DNA from: a bacterium
Lineage (GTDB): Bacteria > Patescibacteriota > JABMPQ01 > JAQVVF01
Direction: 5' to 3'
NCBI GenBank assembly: GCA_030611905.1
Contig: JAUWOX010000001.1
Coordinates: 1 to 31,709, forward strand
DNA length: 31,709 bases
This document shows, one piece after another, positions 23,814-31,709 of the stretch. The translations under genes were made by a program, and so were the position numbers. Within the stretch, counting starts at the first letter, position 1; the number at the start of each line of letters is the position of its first letter. Under the pieces are notes generated by a model. That model was not told the DNA's origin. It did no database searches and worked only from the letters and a program-made list of their open reading frames with translations.

Positions 23814-24209
23814 TCATTGCGTTTCTTGCCAGCTAGTTAAAGCAAAAGACGGATTCCAGCGTACAGTGGCTTGTATTTTACGAATTATTGTTGAATTTAC
23901 TGTTGCAGTGACATCAATAATTCGATTCTGTCCTTGTGTTGTTATAGTTATTGTACACGAATTTGAACCAAAATTCAAAGTCCCGCCATTATACGAGGCC
24001 TCTTCACCGTCTTTTACGCGACGCAAGCGCAAGATAGCCTCGTCAATGCAGCCATCAGCTATTTGAAAGGCATTTTCTGATCTTTGTTCGTCAAAGCTCA
24101 TTAAGGCTTCATTAATTCCCATTGAACTGATCGCTAAAGAAACTACTAAAACAGCAGCTGAGATAATTAGAATAGCGATGAGAGCTATTTGTCCGGATTG
24201 ATTTTTCAT
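23814..24209 (-). CDS. PilX-like minor pilin
   Basis: SG|QIALIAILII...SLAISS hydrophobic N-terminus lacking Glu5; AFQIADGCIDEA helix typical of PilX/GspK-like subunits. Confidence 0.7.
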   Translation of the reverse strand: MKNQSGQIALIAILIISAAVLVVSLAISSMGINEALMSFDEQRSENAFQIADGCIDEAILRLRRVKDGEEASYNGGTLNFGSNSCTITITTQGQNRIIDVTATVNSTIIRKIQATVRWNPSFALTSWQETQ

Positions 24210-24330
24210 AATATCTATCTAAATGTCTAATTTCTAATATCTAATTACTAATCAATGCCTAATGACTAATGTCTAATGCCGAAATTAGTTATTAGATATT
24301 AGGAATTGATTAGACATTAGAAATTAGTTA
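24210..24330. repeat. Heptamer inverted-repeat element
   Basis: Same architecture, centre gccgaaatt (24278-24286). Confidence 0.85.
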
Positions 24331-24846
24331 TTAATAATTTCGTAAAGACGTGCTCGTCTCAACATCATATGAATAATTAAACTCCTGTCTTCCGCCAGGA
24401 TTGTTGAATTCTGCTGATAAAGTAATTGTAATATTGCCTGGAGTTCCAGGGGCAGAATTATTATAGAAAATCAAACTAGTAATATTAACATCACTTATTG
24501 TTAAATAAACAGGCGCGGCATTACCTATTTTTATTCTTAGTCTGTTAGAATCAATGTCAAAGACAATATCGTCATTGGCACCAGCTCCCATTTCAAGATG
24601 AAGTCTGCCTGGATCTGTGGGACTAAATTGTGAGTCGCCGACATCAATGCCGTCTTCAGAATTGCGGATATAATATGTCAAGCGTTGCATTGCAAAACGA
24701 ACATTTTGCTGGACTTCGTTGATTGAACTAGCTTTGGCCTTTGTTTTAAAAACGTCGATACTAAAATAAGTCAGCGCTGTAATAAAAATTGCGATGATTG
24801 CGATAGATAGGATTAGTTCTATTAATGTAAAGCCTTTTTGTTTCAT
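24331..24846 (-). CDS. Minor pilin (PilW/GspJ-like)
   Basis: KG|FTLIELILSIAII; EVQQNVRFAMQRL..YIRNS helix. Confidence 0.85.
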   Translation of the reverse strand: MKQKGFTLIELILSIAIIAIFITALTYFSIDVFKTKAKASSINEVQQNVRFAMQRLTYYIRNSEDGIDVGDSQFSPTDPGRLHLEMGAGANDDIVFDIDSNRLRIKIGNAAPVYLTISDVNITSLIFYNNSAPGTPGNITITLSAEFNNPGGRQEFNYSYDVETSTSLRNY

Positions 24847-25039
24847 AATATCTAATTTCTAATATCTAATTACTAATCAATGAATAATGGCTAATGACTG
24901 CATAAATATCTAATATCTAATCAATTTCTAATTTCTAGTTACGACATTGAGCATTAGTAATTAGATATTGATTATTAATTAGTTATTAGGAATTAAAGTA
25001 GGCATTGATTAGACATTAGTAATTAGTTATTAGTAATTT
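24847..25039. repeat. Heptamer inverted-repeat element (longest, 193 nt)
   Basis: Same architecture, centre agttacgac (24937-24945; reverse complement gtcgtaact). Confidence 0.85.
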
Positions 25040-26974
25040 CTAAAGTGGTTTATAATTCACAGTAATATCTTCAAGCACCGGTGTATTAGCACCATCGCCT
25101 GTCAAAGTTAATTTATATTTGATCCAATTGTCTCCGATGTGATCTGGATTGATTATTTCGCCATTTGGATCAGTAAAATAGTCTGTTTCATCTCCATCTT
25201 CGCCTTCGGGGCCGCACCAAGTAGGTGACCATGCTCCAGGAGACCCTCCAGAATCTGGAGCTGTTTTTATTTGGACCTTGAAATCATAGGCTGGACCTGG
25301 TAAAGTTTGCGTCCATTTGAGAAGGTTGTAATTGGCCTGCGGACCAAAATCTGATGATTCATAAGTGCCGGAAAGTTGATAACCGCCAGCACTGGGAGGA
25401 AATCTAAAAGCAACATCTTGATTATTATTATCTGTCCAATTGGTTCCGCTATTATTGCTGAATGAATAAGTGGAATTAGTTGCTAAGTAATTGATACCAT
25501 TATCACTAGCGTCATTTGTATTGTCTAGTGTAAAAATTTGATAGGCTTGACCAATTGCTGTGCCGCTGGAATGGATGTAGATGCGATATTGATCGCCGTC
25601 TGTTAAGGCAATTGGGCTGTCAAAATTTACCTCGTGCCAGGCAAAAGCCGGAGTAACATCTGCTGGGGTGGCCAGGATTTTGCTGGCTAGCTGAACATCA
25701 TTAGTAACATCGTGAAGTGTGACTATAATGTCAGCCTGAGGCTCTGCGTTTGTTTTTTGCTTTACATAAAATCCAACACTAGAAACTGTTTTATTTCCGC
25801 CGCTGAGTGTAAAAATCTCGCCTTGGTAAAAAGTACTATATATATTTATTTCAGTATTTTGATAATATGGATTGCCTTCAAAAGTTGCGTCATTATATTC
25901 TAGAACATAAATTGGTTGTGTATCTTGGGCTACCCAAGAACTGCCGCTATTGTCGGTCCAAATAACATTAGAATTGGAATCAGTCGTATTGTTATAAGGA
26001 ATCCGCTGATTGCGTGGTGATGATTGTCTGATGTCGATGTATTTACCATTATTGATCTGGCCTGATTGATGCTGGATAATTAGATGATAAGTCGTACCTT
26101 GTGTTAGATCAACTGTTTCGTTTAGGCTAACAGTTTGCCATTCATCTGAAGTGGCTTTTAGATCACCATAACCATTATTGGTTCCCCCGAGCCAAGTCCC
26201 AGAAGGATCGCCGCCACTGTCTGCTTGCAATCCATAGCGATAAGTAGGACTATTGCCTTGTTCTCTATCTAGATAAACTCTAAGAGCTTCAACTGTCTTG
26301 GTATTTTGAGCTGTAAAACGAATGGAAGTCCACTTATTAGCATTGTTCATGGCATTAATTCCGCCTGTGCTTTCGACTAAAAAAGAATTGCCGTAAGTAT
26401 CACCTCCGCCGCCACCAGCAGCCAACTTCACTTCTCCGCCCGAATCATTTGTCACTTGCGTATTATTTGTTGTGCCAGTATTAAATTCTGCTTCTGTCGT
26501 TTGTGTCCATAATCCCCTGTTCCAATTTGTTAGATAGAAGGTTTGTGCAACTTGATTAGAGCGGCCAAGAGCAAAAGACCAATCTGTATTAACAACAATT
26601 TCTTTGGTTTCTATGTCATTTACACCTGCTCCGATATTGCCGCTTGCGTCACGGGTAACCTCATTAACTTCAACTGTTCGAGTAAATTTTTTCCAAGAAT
26701 TGTCAAAGCCAGCAATATCCCAAATGCCTGATGAGTTATCAAGGCCATGAGTAGCGCCGTCATCGTAATATGCTAATTTATTCCAAGCTTGATCACGGAT
26801 GCTTTGAGTTGCTTCAGATCCCTCTTGTGAATAAAGAGTTGCCTGAGTAATTTCTCCGCCTTGTCTTTCTGAAATCAGTGCGCCCAAAGCCAGCGTCATT
26901 ATTCCACCAGCTATAATAACAAAAAGCCCTAATGCTATGACTATTTCGATTAAACTTTGGCCTTTCTCCTTCAT
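25040..26974 (-). CDS. Large pilin-like protein (PilV-like N-terminus with tandem beta-rich domains), possible adhesin
   Basis: KG|QSLIEIVIALGLF prepilin motif; 644 aa, rich in Thr/Asn/Ser/Gly; two internal domains similar to each other. Confidence 0.8.
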   Translation of the reverse strand: MKEKGQSLIEIVIALGLFVIIAGGIMTLALGALISERQGGEITQATLYSQEGSEATQSIRDQAWNKLAYYDDGATHGLDNSSGIWDIAGFDNSWKKFTRTVEVNEVTRDASGNIGAGVNDIETKEIVVNTDWSFALGRSNQVAQTFYLTNWNRGLWTQTTEAEFNTGTTNNTQVTNDSGGEVKLAAGGGGGDTYGNSFLVESTGGINAMNNANKWTSIRFTAQNTKTVEALRVYLDREQGNSPTYRYGLQADSGGDPSGTWLGGTNNGYGDLKATSDEWQTVSLNETVDLTQGTTYHLIIQHQSGQINNGKYIDIRQSSPRNQRIPYNNTTDSNSNVIWTDNSGSSWVAQDTQPIYVLEYNDATFEGNPYYQNTEINIYSTFYQGEIFTLSGGNKTVSSVGFYVKQKTNAEPQADIIVTLHDVTNDVQLASKILATPADVTPAFAWHEVNFDSPIALTDGDQYRIYIHSSGTAIGQAYQIFTLDNTNDASDNGINYLATNSTYSFSNNSGTNWTDNNNQDVAFRFPPSAGGYQLSGTYESSDFGPQANYNLLKWTQTLPGPAYDFKVQIKTAPDSGGSPGAWSPTWCGPEGEDGDETDYFTDPNGEIINPDHIGDNWIKYKLTLTGDGANTPVLEDITVNYKPL

Positions 26975-27071
26975 AAATATCTAATAACTAATCAATATCT
27001 ACTTCAATTTCTAATTTCTAATAACTAATTACTAATCAATTTCTAATTTATAATGACTAAACTCTTCGAAA
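26975..27071. repeat. Heptamer element, left arm flanking the four-helix-bundle gene
   Basis: About ten NNCTAAT-type units, then ttcgaaatt (27065-27073). A short complementary arm overlaps the gene's last codons. Confidence 0.85.
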
Positions 27072-27440
27072 TTAGATATTAGTAATTTTATTCGACCTGT
27101 TTGCTGAGTGAATAATTGCATTAAAAATAAGATTCAATTCTTTTGCTTCTTTCCAAAGCATTCTGGCTTCATCTTTTTGTTCAGGGATAGCTATCGCTGT
27201 CATTCTTAGCCAATGCATTGTTTCTCTAGATTCTTTTTTGCAGATCCCAATTTTATGTTTAAAATCTTTTTTTGATTCCGCATTATCTGCCTCACAATAA
27301 TTTGCTCCAACACTTGTTCCAGATCTGGTTATCTGAGATTTTATTGATTTATTAATCGATGTTTCAGATATGCTTTTAGTAAATTTTATAATTTCTTCTC
27401 CAAATTTTGCAGTTCTTTCCTCTAAATCAAATTTGGTCAT
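27072..27440 (-). CDS. Four helix bundle protein (TIGR02436 / 23S rRNA IVP family, Avd-related fold)
   Basis: DLEERT..F, QITRSGTSVGANYCEA, S.KDFKHK.GI.KKE..ET..WL and EAKEL..IF..I motifs. Confidence 0.92.
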   Translation of the reverse strand: MTKFDLEERTAKFGEEIIKFTKSISETSINKSIKSQITRSGTSVGANYCEADNAESKKDFKHKIGICKKESRETMHWLRMTAIAIPEQKDEARMLWKEAKELNLIFNAIIHSANRSNKITNI

Positions 27441-27489
27441 TTGTCATTAGTTATTGATTAGTAATTAGATATTAGAAATTAATAATTAA
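27441..27489. repeat. Heptamer element, right arm flanking the four-helix-bundle gene
   Basis: Only ATTAGNN-type units (attagtt, attg, attagta, attagat, attagaa, attaata); no left arm of its own. Confidence 0.85.
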
Positions 27490-27933
27490 CTATTCATATT
27501 CAATTTTTCCTACACTGCTGACACTAACAGTTTTTGTTTGATTGATATTGTTGGTGATGGTTATGTTTCCAGTGTCGCTTGTTGTGCCGAAAAGTTTTTC
27601 AAAATCAACTTGATTGTTGGTAAAGCCCTGAGCAACATTGATGACATTTGGATAATCAAATTCTATGTTTTCAGAAGGATTATCGCCATAATTGTTACCG
27701 CGAAATAAGACGAATTTATTATTAGGTTCATCAAAATAGACTCCATGCATAGAGTCTTGCTCAACGGCCATTGCTTTTTGCTGCGCAAATCGAAGCGCGC
27801 TAATTATTTCACTAGTCGTGGCATCTATTTGTGTCCGGTTCGAAAAATTTCCCAAAGTAGGAATAGCCATGGCAGCTAATATTGCAATTATAGCAATTAC
27901 TAAAATTAATTCTACGAGAGTAAAGCCCTTCAT
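27490..27933 (-). CDS. FimT/GspH-like minor pilin
   Basis: KG|FTLVELILVIAIIAILAAMAIP; I..ALRFAQQKA; HGVYF; ITI.N.....V.VS.VG.I end. Confidence 0.85.
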   Translation of the reverse strand: MKGFTLVELILVIAIIAILAAMAIPTLGNFSNRTQIDATTSEIISALRFAQQKAMAVEQDSMHGVYFDEPNNKFVLFRGNNYGDNPSENIEFDYPNVINVAQGFTNNQVDFEKLFGTTSDTGNITITNNINQTKTVSVSSVGKIEYE

Positions 27934-28027
27934 GGCTTAAATTACTAATTTCTAATAACTAATTCCTAATCAATTACGAATGCCTAAATCTTTGCGTAAT
28001 TAGGCATTGATTAGATATTAGTAATTA
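27934..28027. repeat. Heptamer inverted-repeat element
   Basis: tactaat/ttctaat/aactaat/tcctaat/caat, then the attacg/cgtaat inner stem, then attg/attagat/attagta. Confidence 0.85.
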
Positions 28028-29116
28028 TTAATTAGTCTGCTCGCCAATAGTCGATGTCAATTGATAAATCGGAGTTATTATCGCAATAACAACAAAGCCA
28101 ACAATTAAACCAATGATTATTAATAAAACTGGCTCTAGTGTCGTAGATAAGTTTTTTGATGATTTATCTACTTCTGATTCATAAAACTTGGCGAGAAAGA
28201 TTAGAACTTCTTCGAGTTTGCCAGATTTTTCGCCAACATCGATCATGCGGGAAGTGATTTTGGGAAATACTTTGTCCATTGGCCGCATCAAAGAATTCAT
28301 GCTATTCCCCTCCTTTATTCCAGCTAAAACTTCGTTAATGCTTTTCTTGTATACTTCATTGTCCATTGTATTGGCAACGATGTGTAAGCTTTCGGTAATG
28401 GGGAGGCCACTTTTTAATAGAGTTCCAAGGCCTCGATTAAAGCGGGCCAGGTTGATATTTTTGATTATTGGCTTGATGATGGGAATTTTTAGCAATAGCG
28501 CGTGCCAATATGGTTTTATTGACTTGAGGCGCAAGAACCAAATCAGGAAGATAATTAAAATTATTGAACCGAAAAAAATGTAAATTCCATAATTAATTAA
28601 AACATCTACTATCCATAATAATATTTTGGTCGCTAACGGAAGTTCTCCTTGAAAAACATCAAACATTGATTGTAATTTTGGAAGAACAAAAATGGAAATG
28701 CCGCCGCCAACCAGAATTATTGCAATCAAAACAATGATTGGATAAAGCATAGCTTGCGTAATTGTGTTGCGGAGTTGATGTTCTTTTTCTAATTGAACAG
28801 CTAGTTGATTTAAGCTTTCAACTAAAGTTCCACTTTTTTCACCTACTCGGACAATGCTGATATAAAGTTCGGAAAAGACCTTTGCATGAGCTTGCATAGT
28901 ATCGGCTAATGATTTGCCGGCAATGACTTGTTCTTTCATGTCTTCTAGAACAATTTTAAATTTTCCAACTGCTTCGTCGGCAGTGACATCTAGAGCTTCG
29001 TTGATTGTTAAACCGGCACCGAGCATTACTGCGAGATGTTTTGTAAACAAAGCCTTGTCAATTAGAGAAATGCGGCCAATATTAATATTAAATTGTCTTT
29101 TTTTTGTTTTAGCCAT
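28028..29116 (-). CDS. pilC: Type IV pilus / T2SS inner-membrane platform protein (PilC/GspF)
   Basis: Duplicated GspF domains: LAVML.AGL, VGEKSGTL, AMLYP, LLKSGLP, VGEKSGKLEE, LEPVL. Confidence 0.93.
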   Translation of the reverse strand: MAKTKKRQFNINIGRISLIDKALFTKHLAVMLGAGLTINEALDVTADEAVGKFKIVLEDMKEQVIAGKSLADTMQAHAKVFSELYISIVRVGEKSGTLVESLNQLAVQLEKEHQLRNTITQAMLYPIIVLIAIILVGGGISIFVLPKLQSMFDVFQGELPLATKILLWIVDVLINYGIYIFFGSIILIIFLIWFLRLKSIKPYWHALLLKIPIIKPIIKNINLARFNRGLGTLLKSGLPITESLHIVANTMDNEVYKKSINEVLAGIKEGNSMNSLMRPMDKVFPKITSRMIDVGEKSGKLEEVLIFLAKFYESEVDKSSKNLSTTLEPVLLIIIGLIVGFVVIAIITPIYQLTSTIGEQTN

Positions 29117-29231
29117 TTCTTAATATCTAATATCTAATTACTAATATCTAATCAATGTCTAATTTCTAATGACAAAATTTCGACATTAGAAATTGGGCAT
29201 TAGTAATTGATTAGTTATTAGAAATTGGTCA
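29117..29231. repeat. Heptamer inverted-repeat element
   Basis: Same architecture, centre aatttcgac (29176-29184; reverse complement gtcgaaatt). Confidence 0.85.
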
Positions 29232-30923
29232 TTATTCCTGCGTTACCCTAATTATTTCATCAATAGTAGTAACTCCAGCCATAACTTTCTTAATTCCATC
29301 TTCTATCATAGTAGTCATACCATTTTCAATTGCTTGCTTTTCTATCTTGGCGGCATTGGTCTTTTCCATGATTAATTTTTTTATACTGTCGTCCATCTTT
29401 AATGCTTCAAATATTCCAATCCTCCCTGAATAGCCGGTGTCCTGACAGGCCTTGCATCCCTTGCTTTGATAAATTGTAAGCTGATTATTGCTGATATGTT
29501 CATCCAATATTTTTGAAGCTCTAGGACCTAGCTGCTGCTTAATTTCATTTATTTTTTTCTGATCTAAAGTTAAACTGGCGCGGCATTTTTCACATATTTT
29601 TCTGACTAAACGCTGGGCAATAATGACATTAATAGTTGAAGCAATTAAAAATGGCTCAACCTTCATATCAAGGAATCTGGGAATGGCAGTGGCTGCATTA
29701 TTGGTATGTAGGGTAGAAAGAACCAGATGGCCGGTCATGGCTGAATTAACTGCAGTGCTGGCTGTCTCTTCGTCGCGAATTTCACCAACCATAATAATAT
29801 CTGGATCTTGACGAACTACAGAACGAAGCCCTTTAGAAAAGGTTAAATTGGTACGCGTGTTAACTTGGATCTGATTAACTCCGTCAATATCATATTCAAC
29901 TGGATCTTCAATGGTTGCTATATTTACTTCTGGACGATCCAAAATTTTTAAGACTGAATAAAGAGTAGTTGTTTTGCCACAGCCAGTTGGCCCGGTTGCC
30001 AAGATCATGCCCCAAGGCCTTTTAACAGCATTGTCAACTTTTTCCAGAGTTTTTTCGCTTAAACCTAAAGTATCTAGAGTAAATTGTCTGGCGTGTTCTG
30101 ATAAAATACGCATCACAACTTTTTCACCAGATGTAATAGGGACAATTGATACACGTATATCGATTTCTTCGCCATTAAATTCTCGTGAGATTTTGCCGTC
30201 TTGGGCAGAGAAATGTTCATCTGTACGAAGTCTGGCTAAAATTTTTATTCGACTGACAATAGCCTCCAAAAGATCTATTGGCAGATCCATGGCATTATGT
30301 AGGACTCCGTCAATTCTAAAGCGGACAACAATTTTGTTTTTATGAGGCTCAATGTGAACATCCGAAGCTTTGTTTTTATAAGCGTATTCCAGTAGGGTAT
30401 CAACAAGCTTAACGATAGGAACATCTTTTTTGATCTTTTTTTCTGCTTCTGTAACACTTTTTTTTATTAATTCATCATATTGTTCTCCTAGCTTTTTCTG
30501 ATAAATATCAAGGGATAGCAGGATATCTCTCTTAGTTGCAAAATAAGGAATTACTTTTTCTCCTGTTTTTTTCTTCATCAGGCTAATGAAATCTAGATCT
30601 GCAGGATTATTCATGGCTATCTTTATTCCATTTTCATCACGAGCAAAAGCAATGGCCAATTGATTTTTGGCAACTACGCTAGGAATCATTTTGAAAATAT
30701 TTTTATCAATGCCTTCGCGTTTTAAATTGGCAAATTTATACCCCAGATCGTCAGCAATGAGTTTGCCTAATTGATCATCAGTGACTAGGTTTTTATTGAT
30801 CAATACATCCTCTAGTGAGATATTCTGCTCTTGAGCTTCTTTTTGAGCGGTTTCAAAATCAGCCTGTCCGATATGACCGGACTCAACTAGAAGTTGCTGC
30901 AATTTTTCATTAGTAACTTGCAT
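29232..30923 (-). CDS. pilB: Type IV pilus assembly ATPase PilB/GspE
   Basis: N-terminal MshEN/T2SSE_N-like region, ASDVHIEP, GPTGCGKTTT, IEDPVEY, RQDPDIIMVGEIRD, tetracysteine motif (CEKC...GCKAC). Confidence 0.95.
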   Translation of the reverse strand: MQVTNEKLQQLLVESGHIGQADFETAQKEAQEQNISLEDVLINKNLVTDDQLGKLIADDLGYKFANLKREGIDKNIFKMIPSVVAKNQLAIAFARDENGIKIAMNNPADLDFISLMKKKTGEKVIPYFATKRDILLSLDIYQKKLGEQYDELIKKSVTEAEKKIKKDVPIVKLVDTLLEYAYKNKASDVHIEPHKNKIVVRFRIDGVLHNAMDLPIDLLEAIVSRIKILARLRTDEHFSAQDGKISREFNGEEIDIRVSIVPITSGEKVVMRILSEHARQFTLDTLGLSEKTLEKVDNAVKRPWGMILATGPTGCGKTTTLYSVLKILDRPEVNIATIEDPVEYDIDGVNQIQVNTRTNLTFSKGLRSVVRQDPDIIMVGEIRDEETASTAVNSAMTGHLVLSTLHTNNAATAIPRFLDMKVEPFLIASTINVIIAQRLVRKICEKCRASLTLDQKKINEIKQQLGPRASKILDEHISNNQLTIYQSKGCKACQDTGYSGRIGIFEALKMDDSIKKLIMEKTNAAKIEKQAIENGMTTMIEDGIKKVMAGVTTIDEIIRVTQE

Positions 30924-30927
30924 AATT

Positions 30928-31308
30928 TTAAGATTTGTTTCTAGCTAAATGTTCTTTAATTTTTTCGACGACCTTGGCCATTGTCCAATCAGCTTTGACC
31001 AAATAGTCTACCGCACCAATATCTCTGCATTTTTTGACGTCTTCTTGTTGTCCTAGATTAGACAAAACAATAACGGGAATGGTTTTTAACTCTCCGCTAA
31101 GTTTCATTTCTTCAAGAACCTCAAAGCCGTTTTTGACAGGCATAATCAAATCTAATAGAACTAGGTTTGGTTTTTCATTTTTGACTTTTGCAAGAGCTTC
31201 TTCACCATTAACAGCAGTAATGACTTCAAAATTTTCTTTTTTTAATTTATCAATCAGAGCGATTGCTAAAAACTTGTCGTCTTCTGCGATTAATATTTTT
31301 TCAGACAT
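30928..31308 (-). CDS. Single-domain response regulator (receiver only)
   Basis: ILIAEDD, LVLLDLIMP..NG, IPVIVLSN, DYLVKA. Confidence 0.92.
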   Translation of the reverse strand: MSEKILIAEDDKFLAIALIDKLKKENFEVITAVNGEEALAKVKNEKPNLVLLDLIMPVKNGFEVLEEMKLSGELKTIPVIVLSNLGQQEDVKKCRDIGAVDYLVKADWTMAKVVEKIKEHLARNKS

Positions 31309-31319
31309 ATTTTTTATTA

Positions 31320-31691
31320 CTATTTATTATTTAATTCTTGTTCTACTTTTTTTACTACGTCATCCAATTTCCAATCGGCCTTGATTAAATATTCATTAAC
31401 TTCTTTTTCAACTCTCTTTGTCTTTTTGTCAGCAGCGCTGAGATTTGTTAAAACAACAACAGGAACTTCTTTACCCCACTCGTCTTCGCGAAGTTTGTTC
31501 AACATGGTAATGCCATCCATTTTGGGCATGATAATGTCGAGTAAAATTAGATCGGGATGCTTTTCTAAAGCAAGTTCAAGTCCTTCTTCGCCATTTCTGG
31601 CTTTGAGTATTTCAAATCCTTCTTGGCTAAATTTGTCAGACAGAATATTGATTACCGATTCTTCATCTTCAACGATTAATATTTTTTTCAT
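31320..31691 (-). CDS. Single-domain response regulator (receiver only)
   Basis: ILIVEDE, LILLDIIMP.MDG, VPVVVLTN, YLIKA. Confidence 0.92.
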   Translation of the reverse strand: MKKILIVEDEESVINILSDKFSQEGFEILKARNGEEGLELALEKHPDLILLDIIMPKMDGITMLNKLREDEWGKEVPVVVLTNLSAADKKTKRVEKEVNEYLIKADWKLDDVVKKVEQELNNK

Positions 31692-31709
31692 ATTTTTTTA
31701 TTTATTTTT

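Noticed and set aside
7755-27440. Diversity-generating retroelement (Avd-like gene plus repeated sequence in P4)
   Set aside because: No reverse transcriptase in the window, the differences between the P4 repeat copies compared are not confined to adenines, and there is no C-terminal VR/TR pair.
3533-29231. CRISPR array interpretation of the repeats
   Set aside because: No constant 23-47-nt repeat with unique, similarly sized spacers, and no cas genes. The Cas4-like nuclease is fused to a UvrD helicase.
23694-29231. True integron attC sites
   Set aside because: The ends lack RYYYAAC/GTTRRRY boxes and no IntI integrase is present; only the layout is reminiscent.
1309-31384. The many 60-130-aa antisense or out-of-frame ORFs in the track
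   Set aside because: They lie within well-supported genes and show no motifs; expected shadow ORFs.

Overview
Low-GC (roughly one-third G+C) bacterial chromosomal window using genetic code 11 (TAA, TAG and TGA all end genes). The gene set and style suggest a Patescibacteria/CPR (Parcubacteria-like) genome, which is inference only. Left to right: (1) a minus-strand operon of rmuC, three paralogous hypothetical genes, and a UvrD/PcrA helicase fused to a PD-(D/E)XK nuclease that runs off the left edge; (2) tRNA-fMet, tRNA-Met and tRNA-Asp, followed by a fourth paralog built from 43-aa repeats; (3) GAP-family, ASCH/DUF3850 and SDR genes plus an Fn3-discoidin-glutamine amidotransferase fusion, divergent from a GadC-like APC permease and mliC; (4) a STAS/SEC14 gene interrupted by an amber codon, a TRIC channel, an unusual CorA, two tRNA-Ser genes, and an unexplained GC-rich transcription unit; (5) pyk-ppsA; (6) a type IV pilus locus (two receiver proteins, pilB, pilC, five pilin-like genes, pilM) in which every junction from pilB to pilM carries a heptamer-built inverted repeat, one of which encloses a four-helix-bundle gene. 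The best candidates for undescribed biology are: the paralog family with conserved ends, swapped cores and a 103-bp near-identical junction repeat; a CorA whose signal peptide and reversed charge pattern point to inside-out topology; and the four-helix-bundle/heptamer-hairpin element family. All calls come from reading the sequence by eye; no searches or folding programs were run.
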